Positions 10,341-20,907 of a DNA stretch of 35,657 nucleotides are shown here, piece by piece. The notes under the pieces are model-generated. The model saw only the letters and a program-made list of their open reading frames with translations. It was not told the origin of the DNA and did no database searches. Source of the stretch: Octopus bimaculoides (Eukaryota); contig NC_068982.1 in the NCBI RefSeq assembly GCF_001194135.2, forward strand, positions 172,604,620 to 172,640,276, read 5' to 3'. The stretch's first letter is position 1, and the number at the start of each line of letters is the position of its first letter. A program made the position numbers and the translations under genes.

Positions 10341-10722
10341 TTATTATTATTATTATTATTATCATCATCATCATTATTATTGATTTAATTCCTTGCTGTT
10401 TATTTCAAACAGACCTAAAGATCAAAGGCACAACCCACAGTCAACTTAAGAGTGTGATTTGAGGGAAGCTGACTGCTATTTCTCTGAGGTTGAGTGACTG
10501 CCTAGAAACTCTCACATAGATTTAGTTAAAGGACAAAGAGCTAAGCTAAATACTGCTAATCACCTTAATTGTCTATAATTATACACAGCTACTAAAAACA
10601 GTTTTCTGTTAATGCGCCGTGACAGATCTCTGTTGTACAGCTGAAGGCTTGCCACATTTAACCCCTTCACCTATACATGCACACACACACACATACACTT
10701 ACACATACACACAGAACATTGA

Positions 10723-11040
10723 AGGAGTGTGATTGTTACCTTGGGTGGAAGGAGAGAGTATGAAAACAGAGAGCCAAAAGGACAGACTGTAAGAGATATG
10801 TTCAGAAAAGGGCTACTGTTCCCTAGACCCAAGTCAGCCCTGATTGAGCAAATCCTAGAAAAGACATTCCAGTTGTGGCGATACTGCCTTTCTACCAGAC
10901 ACCGCGAACTCCTGACTATATTATTGAATGTGTTCAGAAGGGCTTTGGCTGCTCTTTCTAGCGTTTTGAACAATCACATTGACGCTCTTGAAAATAGTAT
11001 TTGGTACAGTGTTAGATTGAATGAAGTGTTTGTAATATAA
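10723..11040 (+). other. Unassigned non-repetitive ORF (105 codons plus stop; TE relic or exon-containing)
   Basis: Open frame of non-simple sequence with an overlapping 100-codon antisense ORF; no ATG at its start and no good acceptor at its 5' end. Confidence 0.2.
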
Positions 11041-11321
11041 AATGTTCCACTAGAAATTGTACAATGGTTGATTATAGAGACATCTAATTGGATACAGTGT
11101 GAAAGCTTGACATGTATCTTATGTATTGAGTCACAAAACTCTTAAATACTTCCCTAAACCTATAGCATCTGCAATAGCAGTTAGTCTATGCTTTGCTGAG
11201 GAGTTGTGATAACTCTGAAACATGCCTGTAGTTGTGTCTGTATTACTGAAGATCAAAGTCACCATTAATGTTTCGTATGCAACAGGCATACTTGGGTATC
11301 TATTGTCTTTATATATTCTTT

Positions 11322-11694
11322 TATTCTTTTACACATTTCAATCATTTGACTCCGACCATGCTGGAGCACCAGCTCAAAGGGTTTTAGTCGAAGAAATCGA
11401 CCCCAGGATTTATTCTTTGTAAGCCTAATACATATTCTATAGGTCTCTTTTGCTGAACTGCCAAGTTACAGGGACGTAAACACACCAACATCAATTTATC
11501 AAATGATGGTGGAGGGGCCAAACATAGACACAAAGACACACACACACACACATAAACGTACACACACATGATGGGCTTCTTTCAGTATCCATCTGCCGAA
11601 TCCACTCACAAGGCTTTGGTCGGTCCGAGGCTATAGTAGAAGACATTTGCCCAAGGTGCCACGCACTGGAACTGAACCCAGATCCACATGGTTA
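11322..11694 (-). mobile_element. SINE family A, near full length
   Basis: Reverse complement of 12829-13190, lacking the extreme head. Confidence 0.9.
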
Positions 11695-11699
11695 CATAT

Positions 11700-11905
11700 A
11701 TCTTTTATGCTTTACTTGGTTTCAATCAGTGAACTGTGGCCATGCTGGAGCAGAGCCATTAAAAGTTTAGCTGAGCAAACTGACCACAGTGCTTATTTTT
11801 GAACCTGGTACTTATTTATTCAGTATCTTTTGCTGAACTGCTAAGTCACAGGAATGTAAACAAACCAACACTACTTGTCAAACAGAAGTGTGAGTGCAAA
11901 CACAA
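11700..11905 (-). mobile_element. SINE family A 3' half, diverged
   Basis: CTGTGGCCATGCTGGAGCA...CTTTTGCTGAACTGCTAAGTCACAGG. Confidence 0.75.
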
Positions 11906-12114
11906 CTACACACATGCACACATATATAATAGACGTACAACTGCTACTTGTTAAGCTTAGAGCTCTACATAGATTACCATCGTCCTGTCTGCTCCCAGTA
12001 TAGTGGTTTGGTTGTCACCCTACTTAGTTGTATTACTGGTATACAATCTGCTGAGCAAATGTATGTATGCATATCTAACTGTGTGTGTGTGTGTATACAG
12101 ACATATTTACAATA

Positions 12115-12185
12115 GGCTTCCATATGGTTTCTGTCTACCAAATTGATCCACAAAGCATTGATTGGCTGCGGTACAGTAGAAGACA
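12115..12185 (-). mobile_element. SINE family A internal fragment
   Basis: GTTTCTGTCTACCAAATTGATCCACAAAGC...AGTAGAAGACAC. Confidence 0.65.
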
Positions 12186-12498
12186 CACACACACATGTAT
12201 GAGTGCATTGAATTTGTGCTTAAGCACTATAAAAATATACACCCACTGACCTTAAGTGTTCAGTTGTTTAACACGTCACTAAACTCTTCTATATTGTTAC
12301 TTCACAGATCTTTGTTTTCTATTTTTCTCAATACATATACATANNNNNNNNNNTATATATATACACTCACACGCACATATACACACACACATATATACAT
12401 ATATGATACATTAACAACTATATACTAATATGTCATAATAATATATATATACTTTGATTTAAAGCGATATTTATCTAAACAATTGACTGAAAAATGAT

Positions 12499-12577
12499 GA
12501 GCTAACCCAGGTCAGAATCGAACCCATAAATCAATGCTTACATGACTCCTTGCGCATCCAATTGGGCCAACATGCTC
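12499..12577 (-). pseudogene. Isolated tRNA-like sequence (tRNA pseudogene or SINE head)
   Basis: TGGCCCAATTGG (A-box-like) and GGTTCGATTCT (B-box-like) at tRNA-like spacing; I could not draw a full cloverleaf. Confidence 0.35.
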
Positions 12578-12828
12578 ACCCATCAAATTCAGCCAAATTA
12601 TCTGTATAGATACATAAAATATTTGTAAACAAACCTGAAAGCTTTGTAAGTCTTTGCATAAAACCCTTTCATAGTCACTCTTTCTCTGTAACTTACAAAG
12701 GCTTCGGGTTTGTTTTCAAATATTGTACATATATGTATATAAATATAGTGCACGGTTCCATGATGGTAAGATCAACAAAAAAGTACTCCATCACATCAGA
12801 TATTATATTCTGTTTATTAAATTATAGG

Positions 12829-13190
12829 CGTAGGAGTGGCTGTGTGGTAAGTAACTTGCTTATGAACCAAATGGTTCCGGGTTCAGTCCCACTGCAAGCG
12901 TCTTCTACTATAACCTTGGGCCGACCAAAGCCTTGTGAGTGGATTTGGTAGACGGAAACTGAAAGAAGCCCATCGTATATATGTTTGTGTGTCTGTTTGT
13001 CCCCCCCTCCCCAACATCGCTTGACAACCGATGCTGGTGTGTTTACATCACCATAACTAAGCGGTTCGGCAAAAGAGACTGATGCAATAAGTACTAGGCT
13101 TACAAAGAATAAGTCCTGGGGTTGATTTGCTCGACTAACGGCGGTGCTACAGCATGGACACAGTCAAATGATTAAAACAAGTAAAAGAGA
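12829..13190 (+). mobile_element. Full-length tRNA-derived SINE family A
   Basis: GGAGTGGCTGTGTGGTAAG A-box region, GGTTCCGGGTTCAGTCCC B-box region, AAAGCCTTGTGAGTGGATTTGGTAGACGGAAACTGAAAGAAGCC core, internal (TA/TG), GAAACAAGTAAAAGA-type end; about 16 copies in the window. Confidence 0.92.
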
Positions 13191-13266
13191 GAACAGAGAG
13201 TATGTGTGCGTGTGTGTGTGTGTGTGTACATAAAGCCAATCATAGAATTGGCCATTAAAAGGGTGG

Positions 13267-13306
<40 letters not shown>

Positions 13307-13604
13307 NNNNNNNNNNNNNNNNNNNNNNNNNNNNNNNNNNNNNNNNNNNNNNNNNNNNNNNNNNNNNNNNNNNNNNNNNNNNNNNNNNNNNNNNNNNNNN
13401 NNNNNNNNNNNNNNNNNNNNNNNNNNNNNNNNNNNNNNNNNNNNNNNNNNNNNNNNNNNNNNNNNNNNNNNNNNNNNNNNNNNNNNNNNNNNNNNNNNNN
13501 NNNNNNNNNNNNNNNNNNNNNNNNNNNNNNNNNNNNNNNNNNNNNNNNNNNNNNNNNNNNNNNNNNNNTCTGTCACAAGACTTTCTCCCTTAATGCATCA
13601 AGCA

Positions 13605-13616
13605 GGAGCTGCTGCT

Positions 13617-13653
<37 letters not shown>

Positions 13654-13780
13654 CAGCAGCAGAAGCAGCAGCAGCAGTAGTAGTAGTAGTAGTAGTAGTA
13701 GCAGCAGCAGAAGCAGCAGCAGCAGTAGTAGTAGTAGTAGTAGTAGTAGTAGCAGCAGCAGCAGCAGTAGTAGTAGTAGT
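13605..13780. repeat. Compound (GTA)n/(GCA)n repeat with higher-order block
   Basis: Block (GTA)n(GCA)3GAA(GCA)4 occurs twice, followed by (GTA)n(GCA)5. Confidence 0.9.
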
Positions 13781-14667
13781 TGTTTTTGTGGTGGTGGTGG
13801 TCATAGTGTCAACAGTAGTTCCTGTGGTAGTAACAACTATAAAAGTAGTAGTTGTAACCAAGATGGTAGTGATCTTGATAGAGGTGGCGGTGATGGTGGT
13901 AGTGTTAGTGATGTTAATGTTGGAACCAAATTCTGGAATTTTATTTTTTTATTATTATATTTATTTTTATTTACTTTTTTTTTATTATATTTATTTATTT
14001 ATTTATTTATTTTTTTGCCTGTGACCTGGCACTAACCCCTTTTTTTTACTCCCGTTAATATTTCCTGTATTATTTTCTCTCTTCTCCTATCAGTTCTCTT
14101 ATTAACCATTTTTGAGCTATTAATGGGTCTCTGGATTTTCTCTCTGCATATGTACGTGTGTATTTGTATGTGTTTGTGTGTGTGTGTGTTTGTGTGTGTG
14201 TGAGTGTCTGTGTGTCTATGTCTGAGACTGTATATGGTTACTTATGTACAAATTTATGCACATTCTTATACTATGCCTGGGTGTATGTGCATGTTGACAG
14301 AGTGAATTATGTGCATATGTATTGAAATCTATCCCATTGCAAAGCATGCAAACATACACATGGACACACACTCACCTATACACGTAAATGTGTATGTATG
14401 TGTGAATATATTTGTATTTGTGTGTGACATTCTATATATCTATATACCTACATACATACATATATCTGTGTGTGTGTTTGTGTTGGAAGAGGTATGTGTA
14501 TATTGCATATATGTGTGCATATATGCACATATGCATATACTTGTCTACCTTCTTAACTACCTTTCTATTTATCTAAACATATACATACACACATATATAT
14601 GAATGTATAAATACACACACATGCATAACATGCACACACGGATACATAAAATTATATGTGTATATTC

Positions 14668-14698
<31 letters not shown>

Positions 14699-15054
14699 GT
14701 ATGTATGCATCTATTTGTATCCTACATAGGAGCTAGGTATAAATTTGCTTTTTGTGCACAGGCTTGCTTATCTATCTATATATATATATGCTTACCTGCA
14801 TGCTAGAAATGCATTTGAGTCTGAGTCCTGATTCTGTTCCCTACCAAAGTGTGGGCACATGCAGACTACATGCATATAAGTGTATGCAAGTGCATGTAAA
14901 ACATGTATAAAGCTATACCTTACGAAAACAGACTTTCAAGATCCAATGTCACAGTGACTACAATTCAGCTTTTACTATAACTATTATACTGTGACCTTGA
15001 ACAATAAGACTTGTAATGTTCCTTGCATCAGTGTGTCTGAAAAAAGATTGCAAG

Positions 15055-15100
<46 letters not shown>

Positions 15101-15479
15101 ACGTGCGTGCATATGTATGTGCATATCTGTCAGGCTATCTGTCCGTCTTGTTAGAAGCTGAAGCACTCTTGAATTGCTTTACCAAGTTTCATGTTGCCAA
15201 TTAATCAAATAATTGGAAAAGGGAAGCAGTGTGGTAATATATAAGCAAAATTATTCATAAGCATGTCAAAATATATGTTCATCATTAAAACTTGATTAGT
15301 TGTGAAAGAAAAAAAAAAAGAAGAAAAGAAAAGAAAACTGTTACAAAATGCATCACACATCCATCTGATAAGTTATCACATCCAGAACATGCAATATGTT
15401 CATTCATACTCATGCAAAATAGTATCATATGTGTAAAACACACAAAAGCAGGGTATTTCATTAATATAGTTTAAGTGTT

Positions 15480-15605
15480 GAGAAACAACATGGTTTTGGG
15501 TTCAGTTCAGCTGTGTGATTCAATGGGCAAGTATCTTCTACTGTAGCCCCAGATTGATCAAAGCCTTGTGAGTAGATCTGGTGGATGGAAACTGAAAGAA
15601 ACCCA
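15480..15605 (+). mobile_element. SINE family A 5' half
   Basis: GGGTTCAGTTCAG..GGGCAAGTATCTTCTACTGTAGCC..AAAGCCTTGTGAG..GGAAACTGAAAGAA. Confidence 0.8.
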
Positions 15606-15764
15606 TTACATACATACATACATACATAGCATGAGAAAAAAGCTTTAGTATGGGGTTTTATTTATATTTCAAAAAACAAACACAAAAGATTTTTTTTTAA
15701 ATTACCATTAATAAATACTTTATAAGTATCTTGAAATAGGGAGTTACTTTTCTCACACCCAAAT

Positions 15765-15866
15765 CATCATCATCATCATCATCGTTTAACGTCCGCTTTC
15801 CATGCTAGCATGGGTTGGACGATTTGACTGAGGACTGGTGAAACCGGATGGCAACACCAGGCTCAT
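15765..15866 (-). mobile_element. RTE 3' end (family B), young subtype, truncated
   Basis: (CAT)n CGTTTAACGTCCGCTTTCCATGCTAGCATGGGTTGGACGATTTGACTGAGGACTGGTGAAACCGGATGGCAACACCAGGCTC. Confidence 0.9.
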
Positions 15867-15894
15867 ATATATGTATGTATACACACACACACAG

Positions 15895-16040
15895 TCAGGC
15901 TCCATTCAGTTTCCTACAACCAAATCTACTCACAAGGCTTTGGTTGGCCCAAGGTTAGAGTGACCCCAGGTGCCATGCAGTGGGATTGAACTCAGAATCA
16001 TGTGATTGGGAGGCAAACATTTTACCACACAGTCATGCCT
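15895..16040 (-). mobile_element. SINE family A 5' half
   Basis: CTCACAAGGCTTTGGTTGGCCC..GGTGCCATGCAGTGGGATTGAAC..ACCACACAGTCATGCC. Confidence 0.8.
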
Positions 16041-16567
16041 GATATGAAAATAATATGTAATAAGTAATTAAAGTATCTTTATCTCAAAGGATAGAAGGGA
16101 GAGAACTCAGAAAATTTCATCTCACAAACTAGTAAATGTAAGGTTAAGGTGTGTGGGGTGGGGGTGAGCGAACGTGAGCTTAAGTAGCTATGGTGACATG
16201 TTTCAGCTTTATTTGATCTCCTTAGCAAAGCATACAACTTTGCTCCACTGCTCGATGCACCTATAGAGAGTCATAGTTACTGCTGCCGTTTGCCCGCGAA
16301 CGACTTATTGTAGTATTCTGTGTGCGCTATATGTGTGTGACTGGGTGTGTTTGAGTGTGTGCTTGTTCATGTAAAATAGATTATATAAATGACAAGGTAA
16401 TTATAAATTATGTTGGGAACTTATTAGTTTACACCTATATATATATATATATATATATGTACACACACACTCCTATATGTGTGTGTATGTAAAATATGTA
16501 TATGCCAGCATGGAAAACTGATGTTAAAGGATGATGATGATGATATACATATATATGTATGTGTGTG

Positions 16568-16645
<78 letters not shown>

Positions 16646-17164
16646 AATACAAACACACGTGCATACATACATGCATACATATAAGCTGGCATCGTCATCA
16701 CTATAATAACCACCACTTGTGTTTTATTCTGACTGCAGTCATTGTTATGAACATCGCTGTCGTCAGCATTATCATCATCATCATCATCATTTTCAGCATC
16801 ATCATCAGCATCAGCAACGACAGCATCACTGCAGTTGTAGTGTTCCTCCTTAACAAGATAAAGCAAATAATGCTTTAGATAAAACCTGTCAGTGTATGAT
16901 AGGATTAACTAAAGCGTTAAATTAGCTACCTTGCACTTTTATTCATTCCACCTTGCACTTTCTGTTGTTCGACCTTCCCCCCACTCCCAACTTTCCCATC
17001 TCCCCATCCCCATCCTTGTCTTCTTCTATCGTCTCTTCTTTGTTGTTTTTGTTGTCACTTTTGATGCTGCTTTCTTGTTTTTGTATTTTCTGTTTTTTTA
17101 TTATATACTTCTTTTGTATTTTCACTGAAGATTTCTTTGTTGTTGTTGTTGTTGTTGTTAAAGA

Positions 17165-17375
17165 CAGGAGAATGGTAGATGTAGCACAGCACCAGACAAA
17201 ACAGCCCCACAGTCTTGATTGCATCCTTTTGAAGTGTCCCTGGTTCCAAATCCCCTTTGAGTTTAGCTCTGACCTTCATACTTGTAGATTGGAAGCAATA
17301 AAATAAAGTACTTGTTAAATACTCATCCAGATTTAACCAATTATACTCCTTCTGTTCCAAATTTGTAACCATATC
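17165..17375 (+). mobile_element. Highly diverged SINE family C
   Basis: TGGTTCCAAATCCCCTTTGAGTTTAGCTCTGACCTTCATAC..ATAAAGTACTTGTTAAATACT..CCAAATTTGTAACC aligns colinearly with family C. Confidence 0.55.
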
Positions 17376-17644
17376 TTAAGTCAGAAATCCTTTTTTTGTT
17401 CTTTGCTCTTGTGTTGTTTTGTGTTTTAAATTTTTATTACTACTTTTTTTTTATTTGTTTTTGTTTAATGTAGTTTTGTGTTTTTAAACTTTAACATTTT
17501 GTACTTTTTCGAAAATGCTATTTTCTGTGTGTGTCTAGTAGATAAATGTGTATGAGTTTTAGAAATGAGGTCTCTGTATGTATGTGTCTGTGTGTATGCA
17601 TTATTGTGTAATACGTACATGACTTGTGTATATATGCAAGCATG

Positions 17645-17698
<54 letters not shown>

Positions 17699-17723
17699 TA
17701 TATATATATTTGTATATATATAT

Positions 17724-17793
17724 ATCATCCTCATCGTTTAACGTCCGCTTTCCATGCTAGCATGGGTTGGACGATTTGACTGAGGACTGGTGA
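17724..17793 (-). mobile_element. RTE 3' end (family B), young subtype, truncated
   Basis: Identical by eye to the same part of 15765-15866. Confidence 0.85.
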
Positions 17794-18005
17794 ATATATA
17801 TATATANNNNNNNNNNNNNNNNNNNNNNNNNNNNNNNNNNNNNNNNNNNNNNNNNNNNNNNNNNNNNNNNNNNNNNNNNNNNNNNNNNNNNNNNNNNNNN
17901 NNNNNNNNNNNCCCTGATTCTTTTAATGTGCTTGTTCCCTGGTATTAAATTGATATTAATTAATATCCAATTTTTTACCCTACTGTTTAATTTATATATA
18001 TATAT

Positions 18006-18160
18006 TTGGCGTTAGGAAGGGCATCCAGCTGTAGAAACTCTGCCAAATCAGACTGGAGCCTGGTGTTGCCATCCGGTTTCACCAGTCCTCAGTCAAATCG
18101 TCCAACCCATGCTAGCATGGAAAGCGGACGTTAAACGATGATGATGATGATGATGATGAT
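18006..18160 (+). mobile_element. RTE 3' end (family B), young subtype, (GAT)n tail
   Basis: TTGGCGTTAGGAAGGGCATCCAGCTGTAGAAACTCTGCC..CATGGAAAGCGGACGTTAAACGATGATGAT. Confidence 0.9.
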
Positions 18161-18169
18161 ATATATATA

Positions 18170-18520
18170 TATATATGAGAAAAAGGTTAAAGACCCCCTT
18201 TGGTCTTGAATGACCATGGGATTGCACCTAGAAAGTTCTTTTCCTGAGTGCAAATCTGGGCAAGGTTGTTTATAGACAACCAGCGGTCACCCATGCATAC
18301 CAGCATCCCCATTCCATGCCGCTGATGTTATCCAAGGGAAAGGTAAAGGCCAATATAGCTTGGCACCAGTGATGTTGCAACTCATTTCTACAGTTGAGGG
18401 AACTGGAGCAACATGAAATAAAGTGTCTTGCTCAAGAACACAACACAGCATGGTCTTGGAATTGAACTCACTACCTCATGATTGTGAGCCCAATGCTTTA
18501 ACAACTCAGCCATGCACCTT
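18170..18520 (-). mobile_element. tRNA-derived SINE family E head with tail type 3
   Basis: Minus GGTGCATGGCTGAGTTGTTAAAG..GAGTTCAATTCC..GTTCTTGAGCAAGACACT; the same tail start recurs at 28005-28062. Confidence 0.8.
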
Positions 18521-18639
18521 CATGCCATATATATATATATATATATAAAGAGAGAGTGGAATAAGTATATTTGGAATAGTCACAACAAGGAATATATTAA
18601 CACAGAGAATTGTATTGTATATATGTGTGTATGTGTCTC

Positions 18640-18795
18640 ATCAACAACAATATTTAACGGTTGTTTTCCATGTTGGCATGGGTTGCATGACTCGATAGGA
18701 ATTGGCAGGACCAGCTGTCACACCAGGTTCCAAAGTCTGTTTTGGCTTGATTTATCTGGCCAGATGCCCTTCCTAATGCCAACCACTTTACAGAG
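18640..18795 (-). mobile_element. RTE 3' end (family B), diverged
   Basis: TTTCCATGTTGGCATGGGTTG..CAGATGCCCTTCCTAATGCCAACCAC. Confidence 0.8.
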
Positions 18796-18811
18796 TCTAT
18801 CTCTCTCTCTT

Positions 18812-18883
<72 letters not shown>

Positions 18884-18969
18884 GTAGGTACAGGAGGTGG
18901 TCAAACTCTGCATAAGGAATAGACAACCACCATGTATATATATATATATGTATATATATGTGTGTGTAT

Positions 18970-19043
18970 ATATCAATTGAAATAAGAGCCATGACACAAT
19001 CCTATATATAGGATTGCGTCATGGCTCTTATTTGAATTGATAT
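18970..19043. repeat. Near-perfect 74-nt palindrome (37-bp arms, 2 mismatches, no spacer)
   Basis: ATATCAATTGAAATAAGAGCCATGACACAATCCTATA | TATAGGATTGCGTCATGGCTCTTATTTGAATTGATAT. Confidence 0.95.
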
Positions 19044-19184
19044 GCACCAAAAATTGTATCACCTATACAAAAGTCTTTATATTTAAACAAAGTATAAACA
19101 ACTTTTCAAGTGAGAATTTTGCTACTTTGCTAACAGTTACAATACTTATTTAACCAAAATATTTGGTAGATATTTAAATACACA

Positions 19185-19222
<38 letters not shown>

Positions 19223-19314
19223 NNNNNNNNNNNNNNNNNNNNNNNNNNNNNNNNNNNNNNNNNNNNNNNNNNNNNNNNNNNNNNNNNNNNNNNNNNNNNN
19301 NNNNNNNNNNNNNN

Positions 19315-19349
<35 letters not shown>

Positions 19350-19559
19350 GTATGTGAGTGTGTATATGTATGTAATAAGGATAAACACAAATTTATATTA
19401 AAGTTCCCATGTACGTTTCACCATTATGACTGTTTTCTAGTCCTGCAATAGGTGTTCAAAATGCATTTATATGCTCAGCCACAACAGATTATCAAGGAAC
19501 AATTTATTGTATTACGTTACAGATAACATACATAAGTGTGTGTGTGTGTATACAATTTT

Positions 19560-19720
19560 TTAATTTCCCCTTTCCCATACATGCTTAAGTGAAATGCTAT
19601 TTGTAACACAGATTTCTATGGGTAGATAATCCTTCTTGTTTCCAACCCATACCTGTTTCCAAATAAGGTAATATTTCTACATGACCAGACATGTTTTCAT
19701 GGAAGATTGGTAAACAAGGA
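19560..19720 (-). mobile_element. Family D element
   Basis: CCCATACATGC..CCAACCCATACCTGTTTCCAAATAAGGTAATATTTC..ACCAGACATGTTTTCATGGAAGATTGG. Confidence 0.75.
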
Positions 19721-20149
19721 GGGAGTAATATGTATGTAATATGTACGCATGTATTGAATATATACATACATGACAAACTTGTTTTCGAGAGCTGGACAGT
19801 CTCAGTAGCAGGTTAACCGAAAGAGTAAAATCTAAAAATAGCTGTTCTTAGTGAACTATGAATGACGGATTCAATGTACATTGCTGATGAAGGGTAATGA
19901 TGCAGAAATGCATGTGTCCTATAGTCTAATGATGTTATTCATAGCTCAGTTGTGTATTTTCACACATATTGTCTATAAAAAGAACTTTTCTTCCTGAGAT
20001 AATTTCCGCAGAAAAGGTCTTTCTTATCCAAATATACTCAAAATGTATTGAATACAATTTTGTACACTTATATTTCAATCTACAGTGCTTTCCATGCTAC
20101 TAGTTTATACATACATACATACATACATACATACATACATACATACATA

Positions 20150-20420
20150 CATCATCATCATCATCGTTTAACATCCGTTTTCCATGCTGGCATGGTTTGG
20201 ACAATTTGACCGAGGTCTGGAGAGCCAGTGGCTGCACCAGGATCCAATCTGATCTGGCAATGTTTCTACAGTTGGATGTCCTTCCTAACGCCAACCACTC
20301 TGAGAGTGTAGTGGGTGTTCTTTACATGCCACCAGCACAGGAGCCAGTCAGGTGGGCCTGGCATCAATCACATTCAAATTATGCTTTTAGGAGCCACTGG
20401 CACAGGGGCCTGTCAGGGGG
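20150..20420 (-). mobile_element. RTE 3' end (family B)
   Basis: (CAT)n CGTTTAACATCCG..GGATGTCCTTCCTAACGCCAACCACTCTGAGAG..GCCACCAGCACAGGAGCCAGTC. Confidence 0.88.
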
Positions 20421-20439
20421 TACCTATATATATATTGAA

Positions 20440-20725
20440 GGGGAAAGGTCTAGTAGTTAGAGTGTTGTACTCATGATCACCAGATTATGGTTTCAGTTCC
20501 TGGATCAGGCAGTGCATTGTGTTCTTGAGCAAAACCCTTAATTTCTTGTTGGTCTGCCATCACTTCAACACGTGACATGTGGAACATAGTGCCCTTGTAG
20601 AGGTAATGTCAATTTGTTGGATGAAGTGAGCTAACGCACATCACAAACATTTAATCATTAACGAACCACCTGTGCAGGTTGTTCAGTCAGAAATTGCAGG
20701 ACCTTCCTCTGTCACCTATGACAGG
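20440..20725 (+). mobile_element. SINE family E head with tail type 4, diverged
   Basis: GGTCTAGTAGTTAGAGTGTTG..GGTTTCAGTTCC..GTGTTCTTGAGCAAAACC. Confidence 0.6.
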
Positions 20726-20744
20726 AATGTCTACTATATATATT

Positions 20745-20907
20745 ATCATCATCATCATTGTTTAACGTCTGCTTTCCATGCTAGCATGGGTTGGACGATT
20801 TGACTGAGGACTGGTGAAACCGGATGGCAACACCAGGCTCCAATCTGATTTGGCAGAGTTTCTACAGCTGGATGCCCTTCCTAACACCAACCACTCAGAG
20901 AGTGTAG
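20745..20907 (-). mobile_element. RTE 3' end (family B), young subtype
   Basis: Carries the GGTGAAACCGGATGGCAACACCAGGCTCC diagnostic shared with 15765 and 18006. Confidence 0.9.

Noticed and set aside
13206-14024. 272-aa ORF with poly-Val/Ala and a hydrophobic end
   Set aside because: It consists of an N-gap, a trinucleotide array and a T-rich tract; no complex coding sequence.
15826-15852. CTGAGGA-CTGGT-GAAA-CCGG hammerhead-like string in antisense family B copies
   Set aside because: No room for stem II, no U at position 16.1, and the residues vary among copies.
17055-17372. 105-aa minus ORF with a GPCR TM6-like stretch (KDAIKTVGLFCLVLC)
   Set aside because: It is the antisense reading of a diverged family C SINE plus an (AAC)n tract.
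19950-20070. Minus-strand peptide FEYIWIRKTFSAEIISGRKVLFIDN resembling a pogo/Tigger DDE segment
   Set aside because: The match is short, downstream motifs are absent and no TIRs were found.
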